64,000 bases of DNA. It comes from Plasmodiophora brassicae. Its lineage: Eukaryota. The stretch is from positions 1,736,001 to 1,800,000 of the forward strand of contig CP145410.1 of the NCBI GenBank assembly GCA_036867785.1, given 5' to 3'. Every line of letters starts with the position of its first letter. The first letter of the stretch is position 1. Both the position numbers and the translations under genes were made by a program. Shown here piece by piece: positions 1 through 12,270 of this stretch. The notes under the pieces are model-generated. The model was not told the DNA's origin, ran no database searches, and worked only from the letters and a program-made list of their open reading frames with translations.

Positions 1-846
1 CAGGAGCGACCAGAAGTCGTCAACCGGACGGACAGGAAGACCCTCATGCGCTCGAACCTGATCGCGACAATGACCCGCTGGTATGTAACGTTGGGCGTTC
101 GAAACAGTACCGATGCATAAGTCTTTGTGCCGACGAACATGCCTGTCTGCAGGTTGCCGGGGTCTATCGGGAACGACAGGCCAAAGTCCACTAGAAAGAG
201 TGCGTCCGGGCTGTGCCGGTTCGGGCAACCGCGACAGAAATTGCCCGGCTTCACATCCCTGTCCAGCACTCAGACAATGCCTCATAGGAGTCATAAGCTC
301 TCTGGCGGGCTGACGTATCCTACCTGTGAACAAACCCGATGGAATGCAGATCATTCAAGGCGCGGAACGCGTTGTCGGCGAAGTGTAACAGATCGTCCGC
401 GCTGTAACCATTCTCTGGCGGCTTACGATAGCTAGGTCCCAGTCGCTCCATGACAATTCCTTGAGTACCGAGTTACAGATATGGTCGCCAATGACCCTGG
501 CCGATCATTACCTCGAAATCCATGTGCTTCATCATGAAAGATCTCTATGACGCGAGCTGCATATTTCGATGTTTGAAGACCTCCTCGAGAAACAACCGGT
601 AAACAGACCTACAGCAACGTCGAGACGCACCGATAATTCACCTTTCAGGATGATAAACTCGCGTTCTAATGACCCTGATGTGCACGACATTGGTTCTAGC
701 TTGACAGCGACAGCGTCTCCGTTTGTACTATCCATGGCAGACACGACTGTCGAAAATGCCCCACGTCCAATGACCTCATCGCACAGTCGCCAGCGCTCTG
801 CCAAAACGGTGCCGGGCGCTGGCCATTCCACATCGTCCTTGGGCAT
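1..846 (-). CDS. Casein kinase 1 / TTBK-like protein kinase, multi-exon, 3' end outside the window
   Basis: Minus-strand exons give IGRGAFSTV, VAVKLE, RDVKPGNF, LVDFGLS, FVGTKTYAS, then after an intron VRAHEG..VDDFWSLL, matching the CK1 subdomain pattern. Confidence 0.85.
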
Positions 847-1252
847 TCGCTTAAAATTCACCAGATATTCGCATTCGCGAAAATATCTCGAGCACTAATA
901 TGCTACCCCGGCAGGTGAACCAACTCGAATTCGGTATAAAACATGTAACAGCTGTGTGGATCCCGAACATGCAAACACGACGAAGTTGTCACACGAGAAC
1001 GGGTCTCGTGGGTGAGGTGCAGCCAAAACGAACGAGCGCGAGCTGTTTGAAGCCACCAGATCCTCTGACAATTCAAACGGCATGCTCGAGCCGCCTGCGT
1101 GAGAAGCGCGCGCGAAACCCAAATAAACTAAACTAAACCGGCATTCCCTTTGATGCCAACGGCAGTGGCAGGCTTGTCGTGTATCAAACATAAATGAAAC
1201 ATAAATATTGCACGAGGCTGTGATGCGGAGTCGGGGAGGAGGACGGGATGCC

Positions 1253-4200
1253 TCACACGCGGGTCATCCCGGCAGCTTTCGCCAGCTGTTTGCCATCGGA
1301 GATATCGATCTTGTTCTCCGCGAGGCGCTTCTCGAGAAAAGCCAGATAGGCGGTGACATGGGCGTTAGGAGACGCCGTCGCATTGCCGCCGCCGGTGACG
1401 CCGGTCGACGATTCTGGTTTCGAGAAATGCATAGTCGCCGTCTTCGTCATAGCGGTGTTCGTCTGCACTTTCACGTTGCCTTTGCCTTGCCAGATCAGCG
1501 TCGCCTTGGGGAAGTAGATCGCCGTCGTGAACGAGATCGAGCACCAGAGAATACCCAGAATGAACAGCGTCGTGTAGATCTGCGGTTGCGCCGGCACCAG
1601 CATCGAGATCAGCGGGAAGATGACACATGAAAAGATCGCCCCGTACAGCCCAAGCGTAATATGGGTCGACTCATTGAAATCGCTCTACAAACGCGTTCAG
1701 AACGGTACAGCACCGAACAGCAACCACATACCGGAGCGTGCCGAGTCTGGAATGCGACGAGCGCGCACGCGAGCAACGGAAGGAATATCGCGACGGCAAC
1801 TGGAACGGCCGTGACCGCATGGATAGGACAAGCCATGGTCTGCGTCACTAACGACCCGGACACTGTCACCTCCAGGTACGGAACGGGAGGATCGGCAACG
1901 GTAACGATCGTCAACATCAGCGCCGCCAGGATCAGTCCGATCACAACCGGGATCAGCAGCTTCTGGTTCGGCAACCTGACCACGTGGATCGATGCGCTGA
2001 AGAACACCTTCCAGATGCGGTACGCTTTGGCAGCAATCACGGACAGCAGGGCGACGATCGACAGCGTCGGGAGCCACCAGCGCAACGCACAGACCGTTGT
2101 CGATGCCGGCACCAGGTACGGGATGCACGACAGGAAGCAGGCGCACAACGACACCAGCGTGTACAGGTTGAACGCGTACGACGACGCCTTGATAATGGCA
2201 TCGTCGCGATGTCGGTACACCATGCCCAGTAGCATCAGCGCACCGACCGCACCCAGCAACGCCACCGCCCAGGCGATCGCCACAATCGTCGCATTGGCCG
2301 GCGACGTCACCGTGACGTACCTGTACGTCACGACCTTATCGAGCAGGGCTTGCCCGTCGAACTGGACTCGGCACGGAGCGGTCGCCGATCCGATCTGCTT
2401 CGTCTCCGGATCGTACTGCACGCCACCGACGTGCGTGATCCACCACTGGTCCCCGGGACGGATCTCAGAGACGGCGCTGTGCCCGGCGCGTGGCCCGCAC
2501 CCCGCGCCATACGTCATTGGCACGGCGACCCACTCCCGGGAAATGATCAGGTACACGTACGTCGACATCGGTATCGATGCATCCGTTGTGCGTCCGCCTT
2601 GGACGACGAGCACGTTCCGGCCGCTGATAGTGACGACAACGACCGTGAACTGCGTCAATGCAATTGGCATGGGCGGCAGCGCCGTCCACTGCCCGCTGTT
2701 CAGGTCGAGGACCCAGGCATCGCGCAATGCATTGCCGTTCCACTCGCCGCCGAGCACGTACCACGATCGGTCCCCAACCAGGACGCTGCGGTGACGGTTC
2801 CGCACCGGTGGCGATCCCTTGACCGGGTCGGGCAACGTCTGGAGTTGTTGCCAGGCGGCGGACGGCGGCACTTTGTTCGGCGTCCACGCGCCCGACAGGT
2901 TCAGGTACCAGACGTCGCCGAAAAACTGGTACAAGCCACGGCCGCCCATCGTATAGAACACGGGCGAGCCGACGTTGTTCGTGACCGCGCACGCTGAACC
3001 CCAACGTTGTCCAGGGCCGGCAGCATCCGGCGGTACGTTCAGCGACTGCCAGTGCAGGTACAGATCGGCGAATCCGCGCCCGTTCAGTAACAGGTTGACC
3101 TGGCCGGACACGGTCATGGTCGTCGGGTCGTTGCCGCCGTACTGCACAGCCAGCGTCGCCGACCCATCCGCCGATCTGATCGACGCCACGCACGATTCCG
3201 CCAACGCTGCCGGCCCCACGCCCGTGACGTTCATCAGCGTGGACGACGATTCCGGTGACCAGTTGTCCCCCAGCACTACGTGATCACAGAGAAGTGTCAT
3301 CAACCTCGAATGGATCAAGCATGCGCAGTTCCCTGCCGGCCAATCTGCGTACCATCGAAAGACCAGATGCGGTGGGCATCGCCGAACTGGTAGATGTAGG
3401 ATCCCCAGGCGTTGCTGACGTTGACGGCTGCGCACGTCGAGGCGGGATCCGGGGCGCGGCCGTACAGCGTCACGGGCATCATGATGTTGACGTGGGTCAG
3501 GTCGCGGGCCAGCCAGTAGTTCCCGTCCAGGGGCAACGTCAGTGCCCCAGTCGCCAGGTCGCTGATCGCCTTCGACTGGATCGTCGCGAACGATGCTGGC
3601 ACGTGCGAACACGCGTCATGACAAGGCGAAAGACCAACGCCGCCGTTCGAAGCGTCGAAAAACGCGTTCGTTCCGCCTTGGAATGTCCCGGCCAGCACCG
3701 ACTTCAGCGTCACGTAGACCGACACGTCCACCTTTTTCAACGCCGTCGCTGTAAACATGATGGATCAGAACGGAGAAACAAGTGGTTTCCTTTGGACGCC
3801 CACCCAAGACACGGGTCTTCAGTGTGCTATTCACTGCGTTCACCAACAGAGGTCAGATCACCGAGGCTGACTCGTGAATGCTCAGCAGATCAACGAACCA
3901 AAGGCAGTGGCGTAGTAGTCCGCATCAACGCCGATAATGAGAGCATTCGGGTTCGCAATGGCCATGTAGTTGTCGGCAACGGCCCCAGCGCCGCCACCAA
4001 CCCTGCGACCGCTTTTGAATTTCTGATCGCAGCACTCGTATTCCAGTTCCCATACCCGAATATAATATCGGCGTTGTCGTCGGCAAACATTCGTCCTAAG
4101 GGTGCCAGATACGGTCCGCCAATAAAATCGAACATGTACTGCTCCAGAATGATGCAGGTCGGACAAGTCTATGGAGGCAGGCACGTTACTGCCAATGTCT

Positions 4201-4834
4201 CAAATGGACATGCACACCAACCTGTCGAACGCCGAGCTTGAATCCGTTGCAGTATCCCCGAACGGGTGGCAAAGGGACTCCGCCCGCGCTGGCCACGACT
4301 TTCGTTTGCGTCACCAATCCGGCCAGTAAACCAGCAAGGTATCCGGCCTGCTCCTGACGGAACAGAATCCCTTGGGAGTTCTTCGGAATCGTATCCCCAG
4401 GAGGGACGTTGTCGACTATGGCCATGCCAATACCCGGTGTCTGCCGGGGCAGGTCAGCATTGGAGAATATGGGAGAACCATTACGAACTAACATTGAGGT
4501 ACGCAGCTGACAAAGCCTGAATCATCGGCGTGGCTGTGAAGCTGGCGAAGATGAAGAAATTGCAATCAGTGGCACCGGGCTGCACTTCCCATGGGACGAA
4601 CACATCGCCGTTAGCGTAGCGGTTCTGTTCAACTGCTTCCAGGATGACGACTTTGTACTTGAACTTGGACGGATCGTTAACCTCGTTATAGACCCGGGCC
4701 ATGCCGTCGTAAACGCCCTCCATGAACCCCCCGTCCATGATGAGATTCTGCTGGCTCACAAAGCAGACCGACACCGGAGCAGCATGGGTAACCGGCACCG
4801 CGATGGCCGTAAAGACCAGGATCCACGAGAGCAT
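1253..4834 (-). CDS. Class C-type GPCR, copy 1: signal peptide + BMP/PnrA-like solute-binding domain + kelch repeats + 7TM (multi-exon)
   Basis: Signal MLSWILVFTAIAVPVTHA; BMP motifs DGGFMEGVYDG, FRQEQAGYLAGLLAG, IIGVDAD, ALKKVDVSV; kelch motifs YVLGGEWNG..DAWVLDLNSGQW, PRAGHSAV; 7tm_3 motifs IIKASS, AKAYRIWKVF, FNES, YFPK. Confidence 0.85.
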
Positions 4835-6016
4835 CGCGGTAATGCGTCGCCGGACACTTCGTGAACTATATACGCGGGAGGACACGGTACCGACCCGGAA
4901 TTTTAACTGACCGTAGGTACCTGTGACGGCAAGTGTCTGACAGCCCATGCATTGAATTTATACTACAACCAGGCACAGCTACTTCTACATCTACGTAGAA
5001 GTAGTGATTAACCGGCTCGCTGTCATGCAATGAATGTCCTTCACGCAGATTGCAAAAGCGATGAACGACCTCGGGTCTCCTCACTACGCTCGTAGCAAGC
5101 AGCCCAGCTAGGTCGACAATCTCAAAGAAATTCGTGTTATGGTCGTCGTCGTACCTGTCGACGAATAAAGCGGAAGACCCGAACGTTTATTGGATTACTG
5201 GGTACGCATTCCCGATCGGAACCCAACGCATATGATGGATCGCCATTTGCAAAGCGGACGCGCCGCCGGTGTTCGTCCACACCTGGACATGTCATTTGCA
5301 ACGATGCGGGCAGCTTGGTCCACAGTGCGCTCGAGTGAATTATCGGGATCGGAAGTGCCCAGGTCGCCGGGTGGGTGGGTCACATCACGAAGCCGCATGC
5401 GGGGTCACTACAGAACGATCTCAGAACGAGCCTGGATTATGAATTGCGGGCACGAACGTAACTGGTCCACTGCCCCATCTTTCCACACCACTAAACCCTT
5501 GGCGTGTTCGGGCCCGTAACCGGCGGGGTTGCCCCCAATGGGGTTGATTCGGGGAGGGGTTGTGAGCCCCGAACGACTAATACAGAGATGACATGTTTGT
5601 CCCTGTACCTGCAGGGGACGGCGCACTGGGTGGCGCCCCTTAAAGGGGCTGCGACCAGACGCAAGCAGGAGGGAGAGCACGTTGGAAGACGAAGGGGCGC
5701 CTGTAAATTAGGTGACCACCTCCCACGAGGGGTGGATGCCGTCTGTAGTGTTATAGCCAGATCAACCACAGTGAGGGAGATCAAAGTCTACGAACGTATG
5801 GCGAGTTCAATGAGCCATGAGACTCGCCCCGGAGTCGCCAATCTGCGAGATCCCAGCACAAAGGTGACAGGCCGGCACTGCCCGGCCGGGAGAAGCTGAC
5901 GCTCTGGAAGCTGATCCTACGGTCCTCGGACCCGAGACCGAGGCGCCTGCTTAAAAGCGCTAAACACAGTTAACCTGAACAAAACTACAATGCCATCCAA
6001 AGCAAATCGTTCGTGT

Positions 6017-7284
6017 CCTAAAGGGAATTTGAAAATCCCGTTACCAGCGAGCTCGCCAAAGCCGGTGAGATTGCAACCATGATTGGGACGGCAATCTTAG
6101 ATCTGACACTCACATCCCAACAGGGTACCCAAGTCACCCTGCGTCGAGTGGAATGTCTAGTTTCCAGAGATGACTTGAGCGTTAACGCCGTCCTCATTGG
6201 CCGACATGAGCTCGACATTCTCGGCATCAACCCCGATGGCATTCTCGAGGACAAGTACTCCAACAGTACTGACATGATCGAACTTGTGTGTACGTACGAA
6301 CACCTACGTACTGCAACCACTGGCAAACGAAACGTTGTCGTGTGGAGACTCCAAAGAATTTGGTAAGTCAACCCGATCCTGATGATGACTGCTTTGTCGA
6401 TGATTGTAGGAGACTTCGATCAATCGGAACTCGGCAAAGCAATTGACAGCATGGCGGATCGCGCCGTTTAGGAAGGACTACCACCTGAACGAGTTACGTC
6501 TTATCGTATATGATCACCATGATGTATGGAGGGTCAAACTGCATTGGATACCGCCAGTGAAGGTAACCCCGATGAAATTGCATTTGAAGCAAGATGCTCA
6601 GCCTGTAGCATGTGGAGCTACCCTAATACCGTGTCATAACATTTGGTACCTCCGATCCCAGCTCCATCTGCTACACGTTGAGCATCTTGCAATTCTATCG
6701 GGGTTACCTTCCCTGGCGGTATCCGGTGCAGTCTGACCCTCCATACATCATGATGATCATATACGATACGACATAACTCATTCTTGTGTTCAGGTGGTAG
6801 TCCTTCCTCAACAGCGCGATCCACCATGCTGTCAATTGCTTTGTCGACTTCCGATTTATCGAAGTTCTCCTACCTCACCAATAGTTTTTGTACGAACATT
6901 GAGCAAGTCGCTCCTACATCGACAAAGTAATAGTCATCATTCGGATCGGGTTGACTTACCAAATTCTTTAGAGTCTCCACACGACAACGTTTCGTTTGCC
7001 AGTGGTTGCAGTACGTAGGTCTTCGTACGTATACACAAGTTCGATCATGTCAGTACTGTTGGAGTACTTGTCCTCGAGAATGCCATCGGGGTTGATGCCG
7101 AGAATGTCGAGCTCACGTCGGCCAATGAGGACGACGTTAACGCTCAAGCCATCTCTGGAAATTAGACATTCCACTCGACGCAGGGTGACTTGGGTACCCT
7201 GTACGATTGCCGTTCCAACTATGGTTGCAATCTCATCGGCTTTGGCGAGCCCGCTGGTAATAGGATTTCCAAATTTCCTGTAGG
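6017..7284. repeat. Inverted repeat, arms about 6017-6619 and 6660-7284, loop about 40 nt
   Basis: Arms are reverse complements at roughly 85-90% identity by eye, with indels; 7293-7386 is an extra direct copy of about 6910-7000. Confidence 0.95.
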
Positions 7285-7386
7285 TACGATTTGCTAGTCT
7301 CCTACATCGACAAATTAAAGTAGTCATCACCCGGACCGGGTTCACTTACCAAATTCTTTGGCGTCTCCACACGACGTTTCGTTGCC
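6017..7386. mobile_element. Degenerate Ty3/Gypsy-like pol fragment (protease C-terminus and linker to RT), present in both orientations
   Basis: VLIGRHELDILGI resembles the retropepsin ILGRD.L motif; DHHDVWRVKL..PP.KVTPMKLHLKQDAQPV resembles the pre-RT linker; frameshifts and stops present. Confidence 0.65.
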
Positions 7387-8294
7387 ACAACTCACGACGA
7401 CTAGACAAACAATACGAGACTACTGAGCCCAGCAAGTAAGTGTATCAATACATCGGATCGGTGGACGTTTCTGACTTTGGGCGGAGGCCGTGTTCTACTT
7501 GTGGGTATGGCCAGGTGCCGGTACTTGAGGGTGCGCGTGTCTTGACTCCTCCCTCGACCGGACACGGTCGTCGCACGCAGCAAACCCTTTGTTTGAGGTC
7601 TTCGAACTAGACCCGCCCGAGAGCTTTGGTGGATATGTCGGCGAGGTTGTCGCCAGTTCGCACGTACGAAACGCGCAAGCTTGTGCAGCTTCAAAGTGGC
7701 ATGGAATTGCGGACAAAGCTAGCCGTCTTCCTGACGACCATCCTGGAACGCATACGTATGCCACACGTGCTAGGAGAGTCGACGCAGCTGATCACAACGA
7801 TCGAGGGAATGGACGTCACACTGGACGACGTCCTATAATGTGAGCCGACGTAAACTCTACACGATGATGTGGTCATCCCGTACAATTCCTATCCGATCAC
7901 AACCGCGTTTCGCCTCCTCATCCGGAAACTTAACGAAGCTGAACTTGCAAGCCTATCCCACGCATGACTCCTTCTCAGCAATGCTCTGTCGAGCAACCGA
8001 ATTTACCGGTCATGCGAACAGATCCTCTCGTTATGAGTGGAATTACTGTCACAACGACCCACGCATAGCGGACGTGTCCAACGGCTGATACCTTCCTGGT
8101 GCTACTGTTGGGTCACGTGCTCGACCCGAACTTATTGAAGTACATCGTGTTCGCGAGCCAGCTGCTTCTTCGGCAAATTAAGGGAGCAACCACGAATAGA
8201 CGTACTTCAACTTCGCACGACCTGCAGGACGTGCGAAGTGGGTGACACAGTTGGTGGAATCGCAATCGTATACCCGCCACGACAGCTCCGCGTC

Positions 8295-11200
8295 TCAGGC
8301 GCGCTGCAGACCCGCAGACCTCGCGAGATGCGCACCATCGGAGACATCGATATTGTTCTCCGCCAGGCGTTTCTCCAGGAACGCCACGTACACCACGAGA
8401 TTATCGTAGAGCGATGTGGCCATCTTGCCGCCGCCGGTGATCTCGTTCGACGATTCACGTACAGCAATAAGTATCCCCGGCGTATGCTTCAGATCCGATT
8501 TCGTATGCAGTTTCAGGTTGCCTTTGCCTTGCCAGATCAGCGTCGCCTTGGGGAAGTAGATCGCCGTCGTAAACGAGATCGAACACCAAAGAATGCCGAG
8601 GATGAACAGCGTCGTGTAGATTTGCGGTTGCGCCGGAACGAGCATTGAGATCAGCGGGAAGACGACGAAGGAGAAGATCGCCCCGTACAACCCCAAGGTC
8701 ATATGCGTCGACTCATTGAAGGTACTCTGTACGGAAACGTCTCAGAATAAGACAATACAGAGCGTCAAAGACATCCGCGCTACCGGGGCATGCCGAGTCT
8801 GGAACGCGACGAAAGCGCAGACGAACAACGGAAGAAATATCGCGACGGCAACAGGCACGGCCGTGGCCGCATGGATAGGACATGCCACGGTCTGGGTCAC
8901 TAACGAACCGGTCACCGTCACCTCCAGGTACGGAACGGGAGGATCGGCGACGGTAACGACCGTTAACATCAACGTCGCCAGGATCAGGTCGATCGTGACC
9001 GGAAGCAATAGCTTCCGATTCGGCAGCCGAACCACTTTCATGGAGTCGGTGCAGAACACCTTCCAGATGCGGTACGCTTTGGCAGCAATCACGGACAGCA
9101 GGGCGACGATCGACAGCGTCGGGAGCCACCAGCGCAACGCACAGACCGTTGTCGATGCCGGCACCAGGTACGGGATGCACGACAGGAAGCAGGCGCACAG
9201 CGACACCAGCGTGTACAGGTTGAACGCGTACGACGACGCCTTGATAATGGCATCGTCGCGATGTCGGTACACCATGCCCAGTAGCATCAGCGCACCGACC
9301 GCACCCAGCAACGCCACCGCCCAGGCGATCGCCACAATCGTCGCATTGGCCGGCGACGTCACCGTGACGTACCTGTACGTCACGACCTTATCGAGCAGGG
9401 CTTGCCCGTCGAACTGGACTCGGCACGGAGCGGTCGCCGATCCGATCTGCTTCGTCTCCGGATCGTACTGCACGCCACCGACGTGCGTGATCCACCACTG
9501 GTCCCCGGGACGGATCTCAGAGACGGCGCTGTGCCCGGCGCGTGGCCCGCACCCCGCGCCATACGTCATTGGCACGGCGACCCACTCCCGGGAAATGATC
9601 AGGTACACGTACGTCGACATCGGTATCGATGCATCCGTTGTGCGTCCGCCTTGGACGACGAGCACGTTCCGGCCGCTGATAGTGACGACAACGACCGTGA
9701 ACTGCGTCAATGCAATTGGCATGGGCGGCAGCGCCGTCCACTGCCCGCTGTTCAGGTCGAGGACCCAGGCATCGCGCAATGCATTGCCGTTCCACTCGCC
9801 GCCGAGCACGTACCACGATCGGTCCCCAACCAGGACGCTGCGGTGACGGTTCCGCACCGGTGGCGATCCCTTGACCGGGTCGGGCAACGTCTGGAGTTGT
9901 TGCCAGGCGGCGGACGGCGGCACTTTGTTCGGCGTCCACGCGCCCGACAGGTTCAGGTACCAGATGTCGCCGAAAAACTGGTACAAGCCACGGCCGCCCA
10001 TCGTATAGAACATGGGCGCGCCGACGTTGTTCGTGACCGCGCATGCTGAACCCCAACGTTGTCCAGGGCCGGCAGCATCCGGCGGTACGTTCAGCGACTG
10101 CCAGTGCAGGTACAGGTCGGCGAATCCGCGCCCGTTCAGTAACAGGTTGACCTGGCCGGACACGGTCATGGTCGTCGGGTCGTTGCCGCCGTACTGCACA
10201 GCCAGCGTCGCCGACCCATCCGCCGACCTGGTCGACGCCACGCACGATTCCGCCAGCGCTGCCGGCCCCATGCCCGTGACGTTCATCAGCGTGGACGACG
10301 ATTCCGGTGACCAGTTGTCCCCCAGCACTATGTGATCACGGGGAGGTGTCATCAACCTCGAATGGATCAAGCGTGCGCAGTTCCCTGCCGGCCAATCTGC
10401 GTACCATCGAAAGACCAGATGCGGTGGGCATCGCCGAACTGGTAGATGTAGGATCCCCAGGCGTTGCTGACGTTGACGGCCGCGCACGTCGAGGCGGGGT
10501 CCGGGGCGCGGCCGTACAGCGTCACGGGCATCATGGCGTTGACGTGGGTCAGGTCGCGGGCCAGCCAGTAGTTCCCGTCCAGGGGCAACGTCAGTGCCCC
10601 AGTCGCCAGGTCGCTGATCGCCTTCGACTGGATCGTCGCGAACGATGCCGGCACGTGCGAGCACGCGTCATGGCAAGGCGAAAGACCAACGCCGCCGTTC
10701 GAAGCGTCGAAAAACGCGTTCGTCCCGCCTTGGAATGTCCCGGCCAGCACCGACTTCAACGTCACGTAGATCGACACGTCTACCTTCTTCAGCGCGGTCC
10801 CTGCGGTCTTTACGAATCAGTTTGGGGGCATTCTCGTGATTGTCTGTTGATACTCACCCAAGACGCGGGATTTCAAAGTGCTATTGGCTGCGTGTACCAT
10901 TCGGGAGTCAGCCACCATTTTCATTGAATGACCACGCGAACGGACCGAAGGTAGAGATGTAATAGTCGGCGTCGACTCCGACAACAAGAGCGTTCGGGTT
11001 CGCGATGGCTGTGTACTGGTCGACAAGGGCCCCAGCTTCGCCGCCCACCCTACGGTAGTTTGGGAACATGAGCGCCGACAGTACATAATACAGGGTCTTC
11101 GACCAGGGTACCCACCCGTAAATAATGTCGGCGTTGTCGTTGGCGAACATTCGCCCTAATGGTTCCAGGTACGGCCCGCCCGAGAAATCGAACATGTATT

Positions 11201-11892
11201 GCTCCAGGATGATACAGCTCGGACACGTCTAAGGATAGAGCTTATAGCCATGAGTAATAGTGCACTATCCGCCCAGGTACCTGTCGGACGCCGAGCTTGA
11301 ATCCATTGCAGTATCCGCGTACAGGAGGGACCGGGATGCCGCCGGCACTGGCCACGACTTTCGTCTGCGTCACCAATCCGGCCAGTAATCCGGCGAGGTA
11401 CCCGGCCTGCTCCTGACGAAACAAAAGTCCCTGGGCGTTTCTCGGAATCGCAGTCCCCGGAGGAACGTCGTCAACAATGACGAGGGCCACACCGGGCGTC
11501 TGTAGTTACGGTCAGGCACTAACGAATACGACGAAACCGTGTGGGCCGACGTTGGCGTATGCAGCGGATAAGGCTTGGATCAGCGGTTCCGCAATGAAGC
11601 TGGCGAAGATGAAGAAATTGCAATCGGTGACACCCGGTTGCACTTCCCAGGGGACGAACACTTCGCCGTTACCCACTCGGGTCTGTTCACCCGTGTCCAG
11701 GATGATGACTCTGTGCTTGAACCTGGACGCGTCGTTGACCTCGGCGGCGACGCGCGCCATGCCGTCCAGGACGCCTTCCATGAACCCACCATCCATGATG
11801 ACGTTCTGGTGGCTCACGAAGCACGCCGACACGGGCGCCGCTCCACTAGCGGGCGCCGCGGCGACGGCGACTACGACGACCAGGACTAGCAT
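8295..11892 (-). CDS. Class C-type GPCR, copy 2: signal peptide + BMP domain + kelch + 7TM (tandem paralogue)
   Basis: Signal MLVLVVVVAVAAAPASGA; same motifs as copy 1; central region nearly identical at offset 7052. Confidence 0.85.
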
Positions 11893-12238
11893 CGCGGGGT
11901 CGTCGTCGTCGACCAGATCTGGCGAACGGCCGCCGACCGACGCCCCCCGCCTGTTACCCGCGCATCCCCGATCCGAACTGCAGTGGCGTCGTCGTCTGTG
12001 ATGGGGCGCATCGCCCCGTGGGTCCCGCCCGCCTCCCCAATCTACAGCGCTCAGTGCGGGGCCGCTGGCCAGCCACCACGCGCCCCCCAAAAAATCACCT
12101 GACCGACCTCGATCATCATCGTCATGCCCTCGCATTGTATTATTGTATACAGTCGGAAGACGGCAGAGCGCGTTTGGCGCGTAATAACGTTACCGGGCCG
12201 ACGCCGCCGTCATGATGAATACGTAAATTATTTACCAT

Positions 12239-12239
12239 T

Positions 12240-12269
<30 letters not shown>
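12239..12269 (+). repeat. (GTC)10 microsatellite immediately before the predicted ATG at 12270
   Basis: Direct trinucleotide run in the sequence. Confidence 0.9.

Positions 12270-12270
<1 letters not shown>

Noticed and set aside
1661-2794. 377-aa plus-strand ORF and its twin at 8716-9846
   Set aside because: Antisense shadows of the GC-rich GPCR coding sequence
4979-5004. 10-bp perfect stem ctacttctac/gtagaagtag
   Set aside because: Too short to be distinguished from chance; no associated element recognised
7400-8100. Possible gag or transposase relic
   Set aside because: Interrupted frames with no motif I can assign confidently
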